A stretch of DNA of 61,466 nt, the filler included, from Dugesia japonica (lineage: Eukaryota), in the NCBI GenBank assembly GCA_001938525.1. It is 6 parts of 6 records of this genome, joined end to end, with 100 filler letters (N's around TTAATTAATTAA, not from the genome) between each part and the next. Parts side by side here need not be neighbours in the genome. Positions count along the whole stretch, not along the records: positions 51,240 to 61,466 come from MQRL01612620.1; 5 more parts are not named here. One strand, written 5' to 3'. Under the pieces are notes generated by a model. That model ran no database searches, was not told the DNA's origin, and worked only from the letters and a program-made list of their open reading frames with translations. The translations under genes and the position numbers were made by a program. Below are positions 54,200-61,466 of this stretch, piece after piece. Each line of letters begins with the position of its first letter. Positions within the stretch are counted from its first letter, which is position 1.

Positions 54200-54760
54200 T
54201 TATTTGAATTCGGAAAAACCACCGAATATCTAAAATATGCAAAATCATTTGTAATTAATCAATACAACCTACTTGTGAAATTAATAACCAGCATGTATTC
54301 ATTCTAATAACGACTGGTTAGAAGAAACCTATCTTCAACTCTTTAAAGAACAATGTAAGATGTGTGTAGTATATGTGCACTAACAAGTGTACAATATTTA
54401 TCTACAGTAATCCCACCAATAGATGGAATTTTTTAAAAACTTTTGGTAAAATTATATTAAGCCAGCAAAGGAACTCCACCATTTATTTTTTTAAGTAAAA
54501 GGAAAACATCATGCATTTAAGGATTGACTATTGAATCCAATTAAATTGTTGATGCAATAACTAACGCATACTTCTTTTTGGTATTGCTAACTAAAATAAA
54601 TCCGAAAATAACTCGCTATTCATTTCAAAATCTAATCTAATACAGGTAATTTGTAAATTTAATGACTATAATTATCCAAATTTTAGATTGCACATCGAAG
54701 TAGATTAGAGATGGTTGAACACAAATCAGTAAACTAGAATTTTGCAGTAACGAAATTTTT
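54200..54760 (-). pseudogene. Very decayed Gypsy RT-like fragment
   Basis: SFAGLI*FYQKFLKN resembles RSFLGL..YYRKFI.N. Confidence 0.3.
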
Positions 54761-55717
54761 ATTGACAATACAGTTAAATATTGAATTTAACAAAGTATAT
54801 CAACTTAAGACATTATTGTATCAAATGTAGTCTCAAAGTACAAGCTAATTCTAGTTTACCCTTTCCTTTCTTGTTTTGTTTCCTTAAATATTTTTATCTT
54901 ATTATTATAGTTTTTCAAAGATGCAATCGATAAAACTTGATGGACAAATATCCAAGATTAGTTGGTAAAATTGAAATTGAGTAAGATGTAAAATAATGAT
55001 TCATGATTGCAAAACTATTTAAAATTATTTCATTTTTAATGGAGAATTATGTGATACAAATATAATGATTGGTTGATAAAAGCATTCAATATATCTAAGT
55101 ATTATTTTTCAAACATTTTTGTTAATAAAATTTAGAGATATATGTTTGGTAGCACAACTTACACACTAATTAGATGAATATAAAATAAAATTGGTATTTC
55201 AGAATGTCGGTCTGTTAATTTATGATCCAAATTTATAATCAAATAATAATGAGAATAATAATTACAGAAATAATTAGAATAATTATAATTATTATGGTTA
55301 TTAAAAACTAAATATCACCATTTAAATATATAATAATTTGTTGTTATATATTTTGATGGATCAATCGTCATCGCCAAGCAAAATATGAAATATAAACAAA
55401 TAAATAAATTATATATANNNNNNNNNNNNNNNNNNNNNNNNNNNNNNNNNNNNNNNNNNNNNNNNNNTTTTTTAAAACATTTATTCATAAGACATGTTTC
55501 GGACAAATCTATGTCCATTGCGGTAAAATAAGAAGGAAATTTTTTATATACTGTTGCGTAATCAATCCAATCAAATAAAATTAAAATAAATTTGAAAGTG
55601 AATGTGTGTCAATTTGAGTATTAAGAATCGGAATATGCAACCCAATTCTCAAAGCCTCACACTCAATTCTTTCAAAATAGTTACCAAAACCGCTGTTGTA
55701 AACTGTAAACTCACCAA

Positions 55718-56227
55718 TGCAGATTTGTTGGAAGAATATGTAAAGACGTTGAAAAAGGTTGAAGGTTTTCAGGCTCGTTTTAAGAAAGGAAAAACAAAAT
55801 ATCGAATGTGTATTATGTCATAAGATGGGTCATACTAATACAAATTGTCCGACCAAAAAAGTGGTGGAGTGTTGGACTTGTCATAAAACAGGACATATAA
55901 GTCGAGATTATCCAAATAAAAAACCAACAAAATATTTTGGCTGTGGAAAGGTTGGCCATATTCGAAGGTTATGTCAAGAAGTAATGTGTAAACGATGTGG
56001 TAATGGTGGACATAGTGCAGAACAGTGCTACACAAATTTAAAATTGAAAAGAACAAGTGAGAAATTTTTGACTGCAGAAAGATCAGGAAACCGATATAAT
56101 CGAGTACATGCCATTGAAGATGAAGATGTCAGTACAAAAGATGGATATGAGAAAGTATATGAAAGTGATTCCAAATAGCAATACCTAAATGGTAAAGCTT
56201 CACCGTCAGATGAGTTGGTTGGAGACA
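55718..56227 (+). pseudogene. gag: Gypsy gag C-terminal half with four CCHC knuckles
   Basis: DLLEEYVKTLKKVEGFQARF; CVLCHKMGHTNTNC, CWTCHKTGHISRD, CKRCGNGGHSAEQC. Confidence 0.85.
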
Positions 56228-56445
56228 AGAGACTAATCTCTCCTGTTGTTTCACATGGGTGATGTTTTTAGCTTCAAAATACAATTCACGCCGCTTGATG
56301 AATTTATCAATATCATTTTCTCTGCAGAACATTTTCGCCAATAACCTCTATGCGATAGAATCGGTATTTACGGCTGCCACCATGTTAGGTAAACCTACAA
56401 TTGGTAATTCATTTTCAAAATCAAAACTAATATTTTGAGACATCA
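56222..56445 (-). pseudogene. gag: Gypsy gag N-terminal half on the opposite strand
   Basis: MSQNISFDFENELPIVGLPNMVAAVNTDSIA*RLLAKMFCRENDIDKFIKRRELYFEAK, homologous to ORF 46960. Confidence 0.85.
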
Positions 56446-56573
56446 TTTATTTTACTACTACAACTGTGCTTTTTTGGAAATAATTATAATTTAAAAGAAC
56501 TGATTGAAATTTTATACCGAATTAACTCACTTTCTATTCGCTAAAAATATTTTATAATAGTTTTTTTCTTATA

Positions 56574-56636
<63 letters not shown>

Positions 56637-58199
56637 NNNNNNNNNNNNNNNNNNNNNNNNNNNNNNNNNNNNNNNNNNNNNNNNNNNNNNNNNNNNNNNN
56701 NNNNNNNNNNNNNNNNNNNNATAATTATAACTCATCACAAAAAAATTGTTTTAAATTTTCTTTATCGAACATTTTTTAAATATTATCAATTACTCAGTAA
56801 TAAAAATTATTACTGAAATTAATTATTACTGAAAACAAGAAATGGTTAATTCTAATAAAAATATTTTTATAATATAAAAATATTAAAATTATTATGTATA
56901 GAGAGATTAATTTCTAGATAAATTATTGGAACTTCATGAATAATTCAAAATGAGAAAGCTGCTAAAATGGAAACAAAAGAAATTTTTTTAGAGAGCAATT
57001 AATTTTTAAAGTAAAATTATGAATTTTACAATTGCTTTATATAATGATTATTGCAAAGAATANNNNNNNNNNNNNNNNNNNNNNNNNNNNNNNNNNNNNN
57101 NNNNNNNNNNNNNNNNNACTTTTTACTTTTAATTGATTAATTTAATATTTGTATTTCCCGATGATTTGGTTAGTTTTTTTATTTCTTGTTATTAAAGATT
57201 ATTTTAGATTTTCGATTTGAAAAATCAAAGCGCTATATGAAAAAAAATTACATTCTTAGATTTATATTTTTTAACTGTTATAAATTATATTAAAATTTTA
57301 TCAAACCAGCTTTTTGAAAATTATATTTCCCAAAATAACGTATGAAAACCAAGTAAAACTAAGTAATTACAAAACCTCAATGAAACCAATTTAATAGCAA
57401 ATTTGTACAGTCATAAAAGAATCATTCCACCGAAACTTAATAAATGAATTTAAAAAATAAATTAATAAAACAATAAAATATAAAAGTGGATTAATAAATA
57501 AATTATAACAAATAACAGATAATAAACAAATTTGATGAAAATATATAAAAATTTGTATTTAACCCTTTCATTATTAAATTAAATTATTTTGTGGAAAATA
57601 TTATTATTTAAAATTTTAATTTAAACCGGAAATAAGTAAGTAAAACATCAGGCAGCATTCGTGTTGTTGTGTCATAAATTGGTCCATGACACAAATATTT
57701 AAATATATTATTTAGTTTCTATTTAAAAATAGAAACCCATAATAAATAAAACTATTGGCAATATCAAATAAAACACATAAACTTTAATTATAAAATTTAT
57801 TCATAAAAACAAAACATCAATATTTTGATCTAGATTAGAACATGAACAGTCTAAAAATGAAATCATAAATAAATTATTTTGATAGATACCCTATAGAAAA
57901 ATAAATTCAATTGTTTATATCTATTAATAATCATTATGGATAATTATTATAATAATTGAAGATTACAAAAGAGATTCAATATTAACTTAATACTAATATT
58001 AACTTTAAACTTTTTAGAATAATTCATTTGGATATGAAAATAAAAATAATCTTTGTAGTGGTCCTAAAGAGGACCATTATGCTTTCGCATTCATAAAAAT
58101 AATAGAATTATCAATATGATATGATACGACACAATAATTACGATTTTTAACAATATATACGATAACAATATTGTCGACTTGCTGAATGTGTTTGATTTG

Positions 58200-61100
58200 A
58201 TTATAATTTCTCTGTATTACTTATTGACATTTTTCACTCTAAGATATACGTTTACTCGTTTCTAATTGAAATAATAATAAAGGGTCCGATAAATTTTGAC
58301 CAAATCCTTCTCTTTGTTCGTTTCTCACCGTTATACGGTCTCCCACATTTAGTTTCTTATTCCATCCATCATACATTTCTGCTCTTCTAAGGTTTATTGT
58401 TTCCATATTCTTTTTAACCTTTTCATGTATCAATTTTAATTCACCTTGTAGATTAAATAAAAACTGGTCATAACATATTTGTCTCAATATCGTTGTTTTT
58501 AGAAATATCGCAAAACTGTAGCCTTGGTTTAAGTACAAATATAATTTCATACGGCGAATACTTGGTTGTTTTATGAGCACTGATTCTCAAATTATATTCA
58601 ACTGTCTGTAAGAATTTGCTCCAATCCTTTATATTCCGTTTTTCCATTACTGCACTTATTATCCATTTCCTGTTCTGAGTGTCCTCTCTATCAAACCGCC
58701 TGGTTCCTGATAATAAGGTAAAGTAAATGATTTTTTATTCCTAATAAAGTACACAATTGTCTAAACAGGTAAGATGTAAAATTTCTTCCACAATCAGAGT
58801 GAATTTGCTTTGGTATCCCGAATTTTAAAAACCAACGTAGTTGTGAGGTCAATTTTTAAATGAAAATTAAGAAAATAAATAAAATGTTTTTAGGTGAATT
58901 AAATTAAATTACTTTTAATAAATAAAAAGTTTCAATTTTTAATTTTGGAAAAAAGATCACTAATTAAAACACGGGATTTTAGTTTGTTTGATTAACAAAA
59001 ATTATTGGTTATAGTTTTGATTTTAATAAAGCGTTGTAATGAATTCGAATTTTGATATTGATGATGCGATGAGTTTTCCAAACTCAACTAACAGTAGTCA
59101 TAGATCTTCAATCATTTGTTTTGAATCTATTCTTTTTAACGGTATACGGCAAACAAATTTTGAGAAATAATCAATCACTTCCATAATACACTTAAATCCA
59201 TCAGTAGTTGAATTACAAGGTCCGCTTATATCTATCCCTATCATTTCGAAATGTTCATTTGAGACTAGATTCTGTAGCAGAGCTCTAATTCGGAAGTTTA
59301 AGTATTTATTTCTTTGGTAAGGTTCACATTTTTCAATGTAGTCCTTAATGTTAATGTCCTTAATCCTTAATGTATTCACGCTTAATAGCTTCTGCACATT
59401 TTTCTATTCCAATATGACCGAGACCCGAATGAAATTGATTTTTTATTTCTTCTCTTTTAAATGGTTGAGTAATAATGCTATATCTTTCCCCTTTATACAA
59501 ATAAAGAATATCTCCTTTAAGGCGTAATTCTGATCTTAATTTCCATAATTTAAAACATTCAACGGTACTGATTATTTCACTGGCGTGTTCTTCCGCACTT
59601 CTACCTTCTTTTATTAATTTAGTAATTATACTGAACGCGTCTTTTGGTCTATCTTTTTTACTGATAATACTGATAATAATACTTTGACAAAAAAGTCAAT
59701 TCTGAGTTTTGATTTAAAGTATTTATCAAATCGTATTTATAAACTTGGGTGTGGCGTTCTTTTGGGTCTGAGGGTTTTAGGGCGCATTGTTCACAATGTA
59801 TCTACGCCGATGTGATCATTGCTTTCTCTAAAAACCACCTTCATGTCATTTACTTCCAATTCTGCCCGACAAACACAAACACTGAGATGTATTTGAAATA
59901 TCCAAATTCAACAACCACTTTCATGCTTCATAATCCGTACAAACAGTAAATTTTCGTTAGAAGTGGAAAACTCAGTGAAAACGTACTTTCTCGAATGATA
60001 TTGTTTTCTAAAAGTTTATTTATCATTTTTCTAACTTTTTCTTGTAAACTCTTTGTATTTTTCGGGATTTAAATACTATTGGATACTATTATTCTCCATT
60101 TCTATACCATGTTGAATAGCATTTGTTCTTTATATATTCATTTTATGCTTACTGGAAACATCTATATTATCACATAGTATTCGCATTAGTGCCATAATTT
60201 CCGATTCTTTTCTTTCATTTTTAGTTGCAATTTAATATTGTTCAAAGTTCTGGCAGTATCTGGATAATCAGCCTTGACTTCATTAATCGATAAAGTTTTG
60301 TAACCTGAAACTACGTTGAAAATTTTGTCTTCTCATCATTCCACACATCTTAAAGATGTTCCTGTATGCAAGGTTTTAGATTCTCCATCGAGTATATAGA
60401 TTCTTATAGGAATATATACAGAATAACTCTTCACTAAACTGTCATCTATTAATAAGTCTATTTCAACCATTTTACATTTTTCACCATAAAATACGCAATC
60501 TGGCTCGATGCATTTTCGTTATCATTATTAACAGTCATACCTCTTATAAATATTCTCCAACATTATTTATTTTTACATTACACGCTACTACTACTTTTTT
60601 AAACATTCTTATATTGAGCCACTGCACTACTTTCTATATTTGGACTTTGTAATTTCGTCGATATTAGTTTAAAGATGAAGCAACCACTGTTTCTGATACA
60701 AATGATAACAGAAACTCTTATATTATTATGTCATCTTTTGAAGGTACACATATTAATATAATATTTCATCATACTTCTCAACCCTATGTACACATGGGGA
60801 AATACCATGGGCATAATATTGAACAGGCATCTTCTTAAAATTGGTCCAATGTTTACATTTAGAGTTAGAGTTCCTAAATAATTTACTGAGTTTTCATTTG
60901 CAAAGGTCACTCTAGTTGTCGAATTCTGAATTTGTTGATCATAATTTTGTTTCACTAATCTATTTGCTAGTGTTTCGCTGATTACGTTGAGATCAGCACC
61001 AGTATCAGCGCCAGTAGTTGATGCTCAACAACACGTTTATTTCTTGTTCGTTTCTTTCTTGACGTTGAAATCAAATTAGGTTCATATTTTCTATTTATTG

Positions 61101-61466
61101 CTTTGAGTTTTGTACAGTGTCCATTAATAAAACTAATATAGTTGTCCAATAAATCTTTCTTTTCTGCAAAATTAGCTATTAGCTGTTTTGTTTTAGTTGA
61201 TCACCACGCTTGTTCAACCGAGATTTTTCTTGAAGAATTATCCTGTAAATAATCTGAAGTCGTTTGAATCGTTACTAGACTATAAAATTCATTATCACTA
61301 AGGAATATTAAATCTTCTAAAGCATTATCTTCTTTATTTGAAATGTTTTTATCGTCTTCTGTTTGGAAATATCGAAAGTTTTTTCCTTTTTAACAAAATT
61401 TTATTAAATGATTCCCTCGACAGTTAAAACATTTTTTAAATCTGCAGAATTTCGCAATGTGGCCAA
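58200..61466 (-). mobile_element. pol: Decayed Ty3/Gypsy element: protease, RT start (mostly deleted), integrase
   Basis: DTGADLNVI near 60985-61006; KLLENNIIRES; HSGLGHIG, FEMIGIDISGP, VIDYFSKF, FGIPKQIHSDCGRNF, GLIERT. Confidence 0.85.
58842..59093. mobile_element. 252-bp solo LTR inserted in the integrase
   Basis: TGTGAG...CTAACA with GTAGT on both sides (58837-58841, 59094-59098); removal restores the integrase frame. Confidence 0.85.

Overview
Very AT-rich eukaryotic DNA with no prokaryotic gene organisation. The composition and transposon set suggest an animal such as a planarian flatworm, but this is inference. Five artificial 100-nt N-TTAATTAATTAA-N spacers cut the window into six segments whose adjacency may not be biological. 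Most of it is decayed mobile DNA: Ty3/Gypsy LTR retrotransposon pieces, mariner/Tc1 remnants, a hAT-like MITE, Polinton/Maverick DNA polymerase and terminal-repeat remnants, Penelope-like element ends carrying minimal hammerhead ribozymes, tandem arrays and microsatellites. The only convincing host coding sequence is a 102-bp MATE/SLC47A exon. There are three main leads. (1) A 4.2-kb TG...CA element with a 4-bp TSD holds a CCAAT/TATA promoter and a two-strand cassette of small orphan ORFs, each with its own splice-acceptor-like site and AATAAA. (2) A Gag-protease element carries about 17 CCHC knuckles and no RT or integrase. (3) A palindromic unit carries two divergent hammerhead motifs and recurs at two loci. 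All assignments come from manual translation and motif recognition; no searches were run and many boundaries are approximate.
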